DNA of 64,000 nt from an uncultured Clostridium sp. (GTDB lineage Bacteria; Bacillota; Clostridia; TANB77; CAG-508). Positions 16,164 to 25,800 of the stretch are shown here, in pieces. The DNA lies in NCBI GenBank assembly GCA_930990555.1, contig CAKNPW010000004.1, positions 14,570 through 78,569 of the forward strand. The letters are read 5' to 3'. The notes beneath the pieces are model-generated. The model was not told the DNA's origin. It made no database searches and worked only from the letters and a program-made list of their open reading frames with translations. The translations under genes and the position numbers were made by a program. Every line of letters starts with the position of its first letter. The stretch's first letter is position 1.

Positions 16164-16485
16164 TTGGTATCACCCTTTCCACACTAAATTTATTTGTTTT
16201 AATAATCGGAAATATATCTCCGTTTTTTAATTTTATTGTTATTCCATAAAAATAACAGCCGTAATCTAGCTGTTCTGTATCTTCTGGATTTATTTTAATT
16301 TCTACATTGTTTGCTTGCTTATCTATGTGTACTTCTTTTCTTATTAATTCATTTTTTTCACAAGCATTTTTCTTTACTGCAAATATTATTGTATCTCCAA
16401 TCTGTAGTATATAATCATCTATTATTAACTCTATTATTCCTGTTGTTCTTCGCTCTAAATAAATAGTTTCATCTATAATTAACAT
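16156..16485 (-). CDS. Hypothetical phage structural protein
   Basis: 109-aa ORF in the tail-fibre operon, overlapping start and stop with its neighbour. Confidence 0.55.
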   Translation of the reverse strand: MLIIDETIYLERRTTGIIELIIDDYILQIGDTIIFAVKKNACEKNELIRKEVHIDKQANNVEIKINPEDTEQLDYGCYFYGITIKLKNGDIFPIIKTNKFSVERVIPNV

Positions 16486-16497
16486 TGTTAATCTCCT

Positions 16498-17247
16498 TTA
16501 AATTAATTTAAATTCAATACTTGCTTCATTTCCGCTCATATCTTTTAAAATTAAAATATTGTTACCTTCTTTACAGCCTTTAAATTCTTTTGTAATATTA
16601 TTAATATCTCCCCATTGACTTTGTGAAACAGTTCCGCCATTTACTCCATTTACTGTATATCCAGCCAAAGCAACATTGTCATAAATCTTAAAACTTATCT
16701 TGCTATATCCATTTGTAGCATCTCCGACAGTTTCGTTTTCTCCGTCTTTTATTGTTATGTCTGGAGCTATATCGTCAAATATTACATATTCATGAGCTGA
16801 ATTATTTATATCTGCATTTGTTAGTTTAACACCAACATTTCCTGCAGCATCAGCATATCCATAAACTTCAAGCTGAATTTCGCCTACATCTAAACCTAAA
16901 TCTTCTGTTAAATCACAATCTGCATAGTATGCAGATAAGCCGTTAGTGGAACTTAAAGGCCTATATGTAGCAACAAATTCTTTGTTTGCAATTTTTACTT
17001 TAGGCTCAACTGCTAATTGTTCTGCAAAGTATATAAGGACTCGAACGCTATCTCCAATTTTTGCATAATGTGTATCTCTAGTTTCTCCAGCATTATTATT
17101 TCTGACAATTCCAAGCGAATTATAGGCAGGCGCTACTGTATCTCCTTCTCTTTTAAATACAATTTCTCCATTTTTGGCAAATCCATTAACTTTGTTTCCA
17201 TTTATATAAAAATTACTTACTTTTGTTCCATTTATTGCTGTCCCCAT
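16498..17247 (-). CDS. Tail-fibre / putative receptor-binding protein, paralog A
   Basis: Start set at ATG 17247 (AGGTG 6 nt upstream). INGNKVNGFAKNGEIVFKRE N-terminus and AKIGDSVRV / LEVYGYADAAGNVG motifs are shared with paralog C. Confidence 0.65.
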   Translation of the reverse strand: MGTAINGTKVSNFYINGNKVNGFAKNGEIVFKREGDTVAPAYNSLGIVRNNNAGETRDTHYAKIGDSVRVLIYFAEQLAVEPKVKIANKEFVATYRPLSSTNGLSAYYADCDLTEDLGLDVGEIQLEVYGYADAAGNVGVKLTNADINNSAHEYVIFDDIAPDITIKDGENETVGDATNGYSKISFKIYDNVALAGYTVNGVNGGTVSQSQWGDINNITKEFKGCKEGNNILILKDMSGNEASIEFKLI

Positions 17248-17256
17248 TTTTAACAC

Positions 17257-17526
17257 CTACCAATAATAAATATTATTAGGATTTGCTGCACTTTGAGATA
17301 TTGCGGTTTGTTCATCTGTTACTTTTACACAATTTATACTTGTTCCTGCTGGACCAGCTGGACCTTGTTGTCCATCTTGTCCATTTTCACCTTTATCGCC
17401 TTTGAATTTTGCTCTTGCATTCGCTACTGTAATTCTTTTAGTTTCGGAATTTTGAACAATTGGAAAAATGTCATTATCTTGTAATTGAGTAGCTTCAGTT
17501 AATTCAGTTATTTTTTTATCTGCCAT
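17257..17526 (-). CDS. Collagen-like tail fibre stem protein
   Basis: 89 aa. N-terminus KKITELTEATQLQDNDIFPIV is typical of fibre proteins. G-X-Y run GDKGENGQDGQQGPAGPAG. Confidence 0.6.
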   Translation of the reverse strand: MADKKITELTEATQLQDNDIFPIVQNSETKRITVANARAKFKGDKGENGQDGQQGPAGPAGTSINCVKVTDEQTAISQSAANPNNIYYW

Positions 17527-17537
17527 ATTTTTCTCCT

Positions 17538-17705
17538 TTATTCTAAAACTAATTTTTCATTATTTTCTGTATTTAAAACATTATTATCTTCTGTTAATAT
17601 TCTAGAAGTTCCTATAACTTTTATTTTCAACTTAAATTTAGAGTTTGTATAAATTTTAGAAGGCTCTATATTTATTGATTCGAAAAAAATATCTCTTTCT
17701 TCCAT
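17538..17705 (-). CDS. Small hypothetical tail protein
   Basis: Start placed at ATG 17705, which overlaps the upstream stop (TAATG coupling). The track ORF starts at 17723. Confidence 0.45.
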   Translation of the reverse strand: MEERDIFFESINIEPSKIYTNSKFKLKIKVIGTSRILTEDNNVLNTENNEKLVLE

Positions 17706-18799
17706 TAAATACACTTCCTCCATTTTCCATCTTTTTTAATTACAAAAACTGCTTTTTTAGGTGTTTCATCTGCTATGTAATATATTACTTTCGCTCTTTT
17801 TCTTATTTGGTCCTGAGTATAATAATGAGCTGTCATTTGGTTACCGTTAAATGTGCATTGCACTTTTTTAGAACTTGACCAATCTTGATACTCATTATTT
17901 GTTATTAATATAAATTCTACAGTTGTTTTATTAAAACTTGTTAAAGCTTTGTACAACTTGTCTAAATCATCTTGAGTGAATGTAAATACTAAATTATTTG
18001 ATTCCAAATATCTTCGTTCTACTATTATCTTATCTTCAACTTTTATTGTTAAATAATTCAAATGATTTGATTCGTTCGTCTTCGTTATATTAACAACGTC
18101 TCCAAAAAAGAAATCATTTAAACTCGTAAATTTAGCAATATCTAATGTTCTAACATTAAATATATTAGAGTATGTATCTATTCCGTTTACGGTAGCTTTT
18201 AATTGTACTGTATAATTCGTATTTGGTGTTAAGCTATATATTCCAAATGTTGCTTCTTTATACCAATTTCCCCAATAAGGATTAATATTTTGCCATTCTC
18301 CATTATTTAATTTATATTGAATAGCATCCACATTTTTATCTAAATTATAATAAACATCAAATAAATTTAATCCAACATTTTGAATTTCTATATTACTAAA
18401 GCTTGCTTGTCTAGCAATTTGTGTAAGCCATACAGTTTGTTTAGCTTCACCCCAAAGCGGTCCATAACCAGATCCACTAGGTAAATCTCCAGATGCTGCA
18501 ATTTCAATACTTAAACTTCCGTCCCAATTATGTCCGATATTATCTACTGTAGCACTTACAAGTTGTACAACAGAACCAGGGCTTAAGCTTATATTTAATG
18601 TATTGCTAAACTCTCTTCCTGCAATCCACAATCTTTGTGTCTTATTGTTTGCCCAAGAAGTATGCGAATTACATTTAATATATGATGTAGCTCTTACAGA
18701 AGAAGTGTTAGCCTGTTGATTAATATTAAATTCTTCCCACTCAATGTAGTATTCGTAAGCTTCATTATGTTGAGTTACATAACCATTAATTCTATTCAT
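17705..18799 (-). CDS. Baseplate / tail-tip protein with an FN3-like segment
   Basis: 364-aa ORF after the Tal-associated genes. YSLTPNTNYTVQLKATVNG resembles a fibronectin-III strand pattern. Function inferred from position. Confidence 0.55.
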   Translation of the reverse strand: MNRINGYVTQHNEAYEYYIEWEEFNINQQANTSSVRATSYIKCNSHTSWANNKTQRLWIAGREFSNTLNISLSPGSVVQLVSATVDNIGHNWDGSLSIEIAASGDLPSGSGYGPLWGEAKQTVWLTQIARQASFSNIEIQNVGLNLFDVYYNLDKNVDAIQYKLNNGEWQNINPYWGNWYKEATFGIYSLTPNTNYTVQLKATVNGIDTYSNIFNVRTLDIAKFTSLNDFFFGDVVNITKTNESNHLNYLTIKVEDKIIVERRYLESNNLVFTFTQDDLDKLYKALTSFNKTTVEFILITNNEYQDWSSSKKVQCTFNGNQMTAHYYTQDQIRKRAKVIYYIADETPKKAVFVIKKDGKWRKCI

Positions 18800-18808
18800 A
18801 TTTTACTC

Positions 18809-19447
18809 CTAATCAAAATAAACCAAGCCAATATCTCCCTCTTTTCCTTGAGAATCATCGGCTTGGTTATGAAATATTTTTAATCTAGAATTTAAGAAAT
18901 AAGCACTACCATCTTCTACTTTAGCTAATAATTCTTCCAATTCTGTTAACTTTATATTCCACTCTTGTTCTATAAAGTCCCATATCGTATCAAAATCTAA
19001 AAATGTCCTTCTATCTTGAAAATCTGTAATACCACTTGAAGAAGTTCTAAATCTAGCTAATTCATATTGATATGTTCCAGCATTATTTTTAACTATGTTA
19101 TTTTGTGTTAATACTGGATAATTGCTAGCATTTTTAATTATTTTATAGTCTGCCTGCAAGAAACTGTCTGATGTATTAACAGCATCCAGATTTATTTCTA
19201 AAACTAAAGAACAATATTGACTATCTGTATCTGCTACAATATCTCTACCAGAATCTTCTTCCAAAAATCTTCCTTGTATGCAGATAGCCCCAGAAGCGAT
19301 ATGTATATTACTTCCAGTTGTTGTTATTGCCATTCCTTCTTTATAATTATTACTAACTCCATTTCTTCCGTGTAAAAAAGTATTAATAAAAAGAGCAAAT
19401 ATTTGATTGCCAAATATCTGCTCCGAAAAAACATGTCCTTTTAACAT
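18809..19447 (-). CDS. Hypothetical baseplate / tail protein
   Basis: 212-aa ORF. Its start overlaps the upstream stop. Confidence 0.55.
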   Translation of the reverse strand: MLKGHVFSEQIFGNQIFALFINTFLHGRNGVSNNYKEGMAITTTGSNIHIASGAICIQGRFLEEDSGRDIVADTDSQYCSLVLEINLDAVNTSDSFLQADYKIIKNASNYPVLTQNNIVKNNAGTYQYELARFRTSSSGITDFQDRRTFLDFDTIWDFIEQEWNIKLTELEELLAKVEDGSAYFLNSRLKIFHNQADDSQGKEGDIGLVYFD

Positions 19448-21141
19448 TACTTATTTTTCCTTTCCTTTTTAAGTTTATCTATAAAACCTATTCTTATATT
19501 TCCACAAGTATATTTATAAAACTTGCTTCCTTTTTGTTTAGTAACTGCAGAAATATATGTATCGTAAATTAAAGATTCTTTTGTCTTAATCGTAATCGGT
19601 GTTCCGACTTTAATTTCTCTATCGTAATAATCGAATGTGACATTATGATTATATGCATTTCCTTTAAATGTATCTAAAGCTTTTTGTTTCGCATCTTCTA
19701 TGTTTTCTGCATACACTACTTCTGTCTTACCTTCTGCTCTATTTTCATCTAGCATATCTTCTGTCGTTGTTCTGTCTGTTTTTAGATATAATGTATATCT
19801 GCTACCATCTTTTGCTATTACTACTACTTTAGATACTACATCTGTTTCGAAAACTTCTGTATAGTTTGAAATTGGTTGAGCATTTACGTCAATTAATTCT
19901 TTTTTTATTTCTTTGTTTTCTATTTCAATTACTAGTTTTTTATTTTCGAGAAATACGTTATATGTAATATTATAATTTTGAGTACAATTAGTCATAAATG
20001 TATGTAAATTGTATATATCGTTTTGAACATCTACTATCGTAGAAACAGATACATCTAATTTAGTATGTGTTTTTACTCTTATTTCTAGATAATCTCGATT
20101 CATTAATATATCTTCATTATTGATAAAGTTCTTGTTGATTTGCTCTGCGATGTAGTCCTCAATACCTTCATAACGTATAATCTCTTCATCTATTTTTTCT
20201 AGTATCCATAATTCTTGCGTGCTACCTTCTACATATTCCCATATTTCTATATTTCCACCATTTGAAGCGTTTGCACTAGTTAAATCTATAACAAAATTCG
20301 TAGCTGCTAGATAGATTGAATAAGAATTATTATCTCTCTTTGTGAATGTCCATTTTTGTGCTGCATTGTCTGTATCGTCCCACATTTGTACATTAGTACC
20401 GTTTACAAATGTGGCTCCTAAGACATCTGCAACTTTTCCAGATCTAATATTAGCTATTTTATATGTTCCGTCTGTTCTTTTAGTTATTTTAAATTTTTGT
20501 GCATTGCTATTGTTAATTTCGTAAACTTGCAAATTAGCTCCTGCTTCTTGTGAATTATTTAATACATCAAATACAAAATTATAATTTAACTTACTATGTA
20601 TTCTGTAATATCCTTCTTCTATATCATTTGTAGTTACTATATTTTGATTTAAAATGACATTCTGATTAAACATGTTAGTAATATACTTGATTATATATTG
20701 ATATAGTTTAGATCCATTTTCGTTTTGTATTTCTTGAATAATTCCCCAATATTTTATTTCTGCATTTTCTTTTATCATTACTATATCGTTTGATTTTGCT
20801 GTCGTTTTCTTTAACACATTTACTGTGGTATTTGCATTTGTTTCTTCGTCTATATTAATTTCATAATTAGATAATTCAACAACATCTTTAACTGTAAAAT
20901 CTTTATAATCAAATATATACATATATGTATCGTCTGTTGTTATTTTTATTTGTTCTTGTTTTAAAATTCTAATATCTATATCTGTTGTATTTGTTGTATC
21001 TCCATCTACACAAGAAATTTGTGCGTTATATATTCCACCAGTTTCGGGTGCAGTTAGCTCTACTTCATATTCGTCAGTCGTTTCGTTATATGTTGCATTG
21101 TATAATTTATCATTAAATTTAACTGTTACACTTCTTGCCAT
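19447..21141 (-). CDS. Tail-associated (Tal-like) protein with an inserted ricin-type beta-trefoil lectin domain
   Basis: 564-aa ORF directly after the distal tail protein. Residues about 177-316 (nt 20194-20613) show three QxW-type repeats (AQKF, AQKW, TQELW) with the hydrophobic pattern of ricin-B lectins. Confidence 0.65.
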   Translation of the reverse strand: MARSVTVKFNDKLYNATYNETTDEYEVELTAPETGGIYNAQISCVDGDTTNTTDIDIRILKQEQIKITTDDTYMYIFDYKDFTVKDVVELSNYEINIDEETNANTTVNVLKKTTAKSNDIVMIKENAEIKYWGIIQEIQNENGSKLYQYIIKYITNMFNQNVILNQNIVTTNDIEEGYYRIHSKLNYNFVFDVLNNSQEAGANLQVYEINNSNAQKFKITKRTDGTYKIANIRSGKVADVLGATFVNGTNVQMWDDTDNAAQKWTFTKRDNNSYSIYLAATNFVIDLTSANASNGGNIEIWEYVEGSTQELWILEKIDEEIIRYEGIEDYIAEQINKNFINNEDILMNRDYLEIRVKTHTKLDVSVSTIVDVQNDIYNLHTFMTNCTQNYNITYNVFLENKKLVIEIENKEIKKELIDVNAQPISNYTEVFETDVVSKVVVIAKDGSRYTLYLKTDRTTTEDMLDENRAEGKTEVVYAENIEDAKQKALDTFKGNAYNHNVTFDYYDREIKVGTPITIKTKESLIYDTYISAVTKQKGSKFYKYTCGNIRIGFIDKLKKERKNK

Positions 21142-21143
21142 AT

Positions 21144-22001
21144 CTAAACCACCTTGTAATATGCGTAAACACTAACTTCTGCATTTAGTATTTCGTTATC
21201 TGCAGACATAATTAATTCACAAGATTTTCCTTTTGGAAATTTAATAACATTATTGTTGGAAGGATCTATATTGTCTAATTCAAATAAATCTGTATAAGTG
21301 CCATCGGTGTTTTCCTTTCTAATATAGAAATTATTTTCTTGTGTACAATACTCAAATGTTTCATATTCTTTTAAATCTACATTTACTTCTATTTCTTGAT
21401 AAACTTGTCCTTCAACTTTTAGAGTCAATGTCGGATTTTTAATAGGTCCTTTGATTTTAACTAAAACGGGAGCTGGTACGTGACCTTGGTTTATGTACTC
21501 TAACGTCCTATTGTTGTAGTCAACAAATTTGCTATCCCATTTAAAATCCCATCTAATTTCATTTGCTTGTGCAGAAGTAGAATATATAGTTTTATTTTCT
21601 TCATACCATAAACTTAAACAATCAAATGTAACTGGACATTTTAATATTCCGTCTGTATCTATTTGACCTTTTCCAATGCTTTGAATGTTTACATCTTTTA
21701 AATACTCTTTAATCGGAAGATTTTTGTATGGTATTTTATATCCAAACCTTAATTTTTCAGAGCTTTCTATATAATCTACAAAACTTTTATAATTATCGTA
21801 ACAACTAAAATTAGCTGTTCCTGTTATTTGTCCTTGCTGTACATTTCTTAAAGTTTCGAAAAATGAATTTCCTATCTGTTCGTATGTAGTATTGTAAGAA
21901 TATCCTAGTCCGTCAGGTTCAGATAGAAAACAAGAATTATATAAATCCATTAAATTAAATTCTTGTCCTTTTTCGTTAATAAGTCTAAATTGTCTTACCA
22001 T
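21144..22001 (-). CDS. Distal tail protein (Dit-like)
   Basis: 285-aa ORF in the canonical position downstream of the tape-measure gene and upstream of Tal. Confidence 0.6.
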   Translation of the reverse strand: MVRQFRLINEKGQEFNLMDLYNSCFLSEPDGLGYSYNTTYEQIGNSFFETLRNVQQGQITGTANFSCYDNYKSFVDYIESSEKLRFGYKIPYKNLPIKEYLKDVNIQSIGKGQIDTDGILKCPVTFDCLSLWYEENKTIYSTSAQANEIRWDFKWDSKFVDYNNRTLEYINQGHVPAPVLVKIKGPIKNPTLTLKVEGQVYQEIEVNVDLKEYETFEYCTQENNFYIRKENTDGTYTDLFELDNIDPSNNNVIKFPKGKSCELIMSADNEILNAEVSVYAYYKVV

Positions 22002-22023
22002 TTTTTCCTCCAGTTAAATAAAA

Positions 22024-22049
22024 AAAGAACAGTTCAAAAACTGCTCTTT
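22024..22049 (-). terminator. Terminator 2 of the zinc-ribbon moron cassette
   Basis: Minus strand AAAGAGCAG-TTTTTGAA-CTGTTCTTT followed by TTTTATTT. Confidence 0.5.
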
Positions 22050-22090
22050 TATCGTATTTTTAAGGTATATAATTACTCTAACAATAAAAT

Positions 22091-22125
22091 AAAACGGCTT
22101 AAAATCTATTCTCGTAAGCCGTTTT
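22091..22125 (-). terminator. Terminator 1 of the zinc-ribbon moron cassette (bidirectional form)
   Basis: 11-bp stem AAAACGGCTTA / TAAGCCGTTTT, T-rich on both sides. Begins right after the stop at 22127. Confidence 0.55.
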
Positions 22126-22126
22126 T

Positions 22127-22423
22127 TTATTTTTCTAATTTTTCACTTATTTTGTCTAAAGACTCTATTATATCACAAAATCCTTTAATAAAAGCAAATA
22201 TTACAATTCCTCCAAATAAAATTTCTACTGCCAATATCATATTTCCTTGTATTAAAAATACAATAGCAAGTATTATACACACTATTATTTCTAATGCATT
22301 AATTATTCTAAGTAACATAGTTTTATCTTTATTCTCTGTGTTATTTTCATGTAATTCTATTCCACAGATTGGACATTTTGTATCAAAATCAGATATTTCA
22401 TTTTTACATTTTGGACATTTCAT
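22127..22423 (-). CDS. Zinc-ribbon membrane protein, paralog 2 (98 aa)
   Basis: MKCPKCKNEISDFDTKCPICG (CxxC-N10-CxxC), then two hydrophobic helices, then a C-terminal helix IIESLDKISEKLEK. GGAGGGG RBS. Confidence 0.7.
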   Translation of the reverse strand: MKCPKCKNEISDFDTKCPICGIELHENNTENKDKTMLLRIINALEIIVCIILAIVFLIQGNMILAVEILFGGIVIFAFIKGFCDIIESLDKISEKLEK

Positions 22424-22442
22424 ATAATCCCCTCCTAAAGAG

Positions 22443-22471
22443 ATTATATATATAATTACTTTATTTGTAAA
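22443..22471 (-). promoter_or_regulatory. Promoter of zinc-ribbon paralog 2 (TTTACA-17-TATAAT)
   Basis: -35 at 22466-22471, -10 at 22443-22448, inside the 51-nt gap between the paralogs. Confidence 0.5.
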
Positions 22472-22474
22472 TAT

Positions 22475-22786
22475 CTACCTATCCATTTTTTGACTAATCT
22501 CTTGTAATAAGTCTATTATCGTTTCTGCAATTTTTAATATAAATATTTCTGGTGCTAATGCAAAAAGAGCTATAACTCCTAATAAATATATTTTAGCAAT
22601 AAAACATATTACAGCTAATATTAGTGAGAATACAATCATTATTGTTATGGCTGTAGTAATAAATTTTGATCTCTTTTCTGTTCCATATAACTTTGCTTCC
22701 CTATTAAAAGCTTCAATATTTACCAAGCATTCTGGACATCTTTCAGAACCATCTGGAATTACTTTTTTACAATTTGGACATACCAT
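22475..22786 (-). CDS. Zinc-ribbon membrane protein, paralog 1 (103 aa)
   Basis: Start set at MVCPNCKKVIPDGSERCPECL (TAGGAGGGGA RBS 4 nt upstream). Same architecture as paralog 2. C-terminus IIDLLQEISQKMDR. Confidence 0.7.
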   Translation of the reverse strand: MVCPNCKKVIPDGSERCPECLVNIEAFNREAKLYGTEKRSKFITTAITIMIVFSLILAVICFIAKIYLLGVIALFALAPEIFILKIAETIIDLLQEISQKMDR

Positions 22787-22807
22787 AAAATCCCCTCCTA
22801 TTTGCTG

Positions 22808-22816
22808 ATTATAACA
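22808..22816 (-). promoter_or_regulatory. Extended -10 promoter element (TGTTATAAT) in front of zinc-ribbon paralog 1
   Basis: Perfect TGnTATAAT on the minus strand between the tape-measure stop (22828) and the RBS. Confidence 0.5.
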
Positions 22817-22827
22817 CATAAATGAAA

Positions 22828-25800
22828 TTATGAATATATGTTGCCAAATTTTCTATTCACATACTTAAAACATTGTTCTAATTTATTTTCATCTAATGTT
22901 TGCGTATATATATTTACATTATATACATTATTATTAATGTTGTTTTTTGGAATATTAGTTCCTTGCATTATAATATTACGATTTAGTTTTAATACGCTGT
23001 CGAAGTTTCCTTCATTAATACCTTTTAATAGAGAATTTGATAAGCTTCCGAATAACTCATTTTCTGATGTTTTTTTGTTCAATCCTTTATTAAATTCATT
23101 ATTAGCTTCTTTTCCATATTTGTTTAATGTATCTAATATTTGTTTTCCAGATTTGTCTGCTCCGATTTCAGCTCCAGCAAAATAATCGGTTAATGCCTTT
23201 TCTGCTAAAACTGATGGCGAGCCATCTCCAAGTCCTTTTCTAAATTGACTATTTCCTCTGCTACCAATATTGAACAATAAGTTCCAAAATCCTCCAGAAC
23301 TTGATTTAATTCCATTTTTAGCACCTTCAATATAGTCGTCAGAAGCTATTTTTCCTTCGTTTGAATTATATTTTTCTTTAAAAGCTGCTGCTGCTCTATC
23401 TCCTAGTGTTGCATTTGCTCCAGCCAAAGTTGTATTTGAAGATGTTGTCCAAACTAATTCATTTAAGACTTTCTGTACATCTTCTGGCAATCCCGATACT
23501 GCTTTATTAAACTCATCTGTAGAATATCCAGCAATATCTCCATATGCTTTTACTAGTTCTGGAGTTAAATCTTCTACTTTGGTTATTTGTCCTTTAAGTG
23601 AATTTACAACTAGTTGAAGTTGCTCTTGATCCGCATTCATTTGTTGTTGATAAGCTTTAGCATTCACTTCATTTCCTGCTTCCAACTCTTTGTTTTTTAA
23701 GTCTTTATAGGTAGTAAGTCTATTTGTTAAAACACCAATTTGTTTAATTGTTTCTGTTTCTAAGTTAGAAGTATCTGTTTGTAATGTGACTGCATTTCTT
23801 TGCATTAGTTCTTCTAAAGATTCTGCACTTCCTTGAGTCATTAATGCAAAGTCATATTCATAATCTGCTATTGTTGCATTGTAATCGCTTACTAAATCTT
23901 TTTGTTCTTGATATGTCTTTGTTAGAGATTGTAAATCCATATCCAATTGTATTCTTCGTCCATAATCTGCAAAAGCATATTCATTTCTGTTGTCTTCTAT
24001 TTTCTTCTCTAGTTCCATTAATTGCTTTTCTGCATTTGTTCTTTCTGCTATAGCTTTATCATAAGCTTCTTGTTCAGCATTAATTATAGCTTGTGCTTTT
24101 TTCTTTCGTATTGTTTCATCAATTTCTGTTTGTAAGTCTTTATAACTTTGTATTACATTGTCATTTATATCAATTTCCTTACCTAGAGCTTCAGATAGTG
24201 TAGATGTTATTACTTTAGCTCTTTCTTCATATCCACTTTTTATTTTGCCATTTTCATCTGTTATTTTTTTTAATTCATTCCATAATGATTGAGTAGTATT
24301 AATGTGTGCAAATTCTGATTCTAGCTGTGCTTCTTGTTGAGTTTTTAAGTCTTCAAAAGATTTAGATTGTTTTTCTATTTCCATTCTTAATGAATTAGCT
24401 TCTCTAGTAACTTTTGTTTGTTCTAAATGATATGCATACATTGCTGCTGTGCCTATTCCTATTATTCCAGCTGTAGCACTTGCAGTTCCACCAAATAATT
24501 TTAAAATGCTAGCTAATCCTTTTATAGCCGATGTTGAACTTCCTACTACTTTAGTCAGCGGTCCAAAGCCAGCTACTAGTAGAGCTATTTTAGCTACATT
24601 CTCTTTTTCCTCGTCGCTCATATTCTCTAAACAATCAATAAAGTCTTCTGCTTTATCAATTATTTTTTCGAGAACTGGTAGCATTTCTTCTCCAAAGTCA
24701 GCGCCTAAACTTTGTAATCTTTTTAATTGTGTTTCTGCTTTTTTCTTTGTTGTATCATATAACTCGTCAATAGACTCCTGCATAGAATTACTACTTTTAG
24801 AAATTCCTGCATCCATCTTACTGAAACTACTTATTACTGTTGGACCTAAGTCTTCCCACATCGTACCAAATAGGTCGACTCCAGCAACACTTTGTGATAC
24901 TTTGTCGTCCATTTTCCCTAGTCTATTTACTACTTCAATAAATGCTTGTTTTGCAGTTTCTCCACCGTTTGCAAATTTCTTAGCCATTTCATCTGCATTA
25001 AGTCCGATTCTTTTAAATCCATCACTTGTCGTATTAGAACCATCTATAGCTCTTATAGAAAATTCCTTAACAGCATCTCCTATTTTATCTAAGTTAAAAG
25101 CACCATTTTCAGAACCTACTTTGAAGATATTAAACATATCTTCTGCAGATAATCCTAATTTTTTAAATTGTACAGAATATTCATTTACATTGTCTAACAG
25201 TTCATTTGAAAAATCTAATCCTTGTTTTTTTCCTTCTGCAATTAAATTAAAAGATTCATCTGCAGTAATATTAAAGTTGTCCATTAACGCTTTAACAGCT
25301 CTTATACTTTCAGAAACGTCATAACCAAATAAATCTCTTAATGCAATTGCTTTTTCTGTAATATTTTCTAAATCTGCATCATTTATATCTTTTAGCTGCA
25401 TCTTTACTGCTGCCATTGAGTTTGCAATATCTTCGTAGCCATCTCCATAATTTGCTTTATTTATGTTTTCTAAGACAGTTTTATATTTTTCAGTTTCATT
25501 TGTAGCAGTATTTGTAGATGAAACATATTTTGCAACTGCATCTTCTACAGACATTGCACTGTTTGCTAAAGCTATTCCACCAGCAACCACTGCTCCAGAT
25601 GCAACAGAAGCCTTGTTTCCTAAATCATTTACTTTATCGCTAACCTTAGAAATTTTATTGCCATATTCTTCGATTTTTTTACTCGCTTTGCTTAATTGAG
25701 TATTTTCTGCATTAAATTGTTTTAATTCGTCTGTTAGTCCATTTAATTTATTCTGTGTTGATATGATTTCTCTCTGTAAGTTTCTATAGTTTTCTTCAGA

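Noticed and set aside
13605-17247. Diversity-generating retroelement acting on the tail-fibre paralogs.
   Set aside because: No reverse transcriptase ORF is present in the prophage. The paralogs resemble each other only at the protein-motif level, with no near-identical template/variable DNA repeat pair.
24449-25324. 291-aa ORF antisense to the tape-measure gene. Similar antisense track ORFs include 495..701, 2166..2609, 3753..4259, 5181..5849, 27728..28078, 29732..30031, 54433..54813 and 62534..62911.
   Set aside because: All lie fully inside, and antisense to, genes with clear family motifs. Their translations are low-complexity Ser/Leu/Phe/Ile-rich strings typical of the reverse frame of AT-rich coding DNA. 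None has a convincing RBS.
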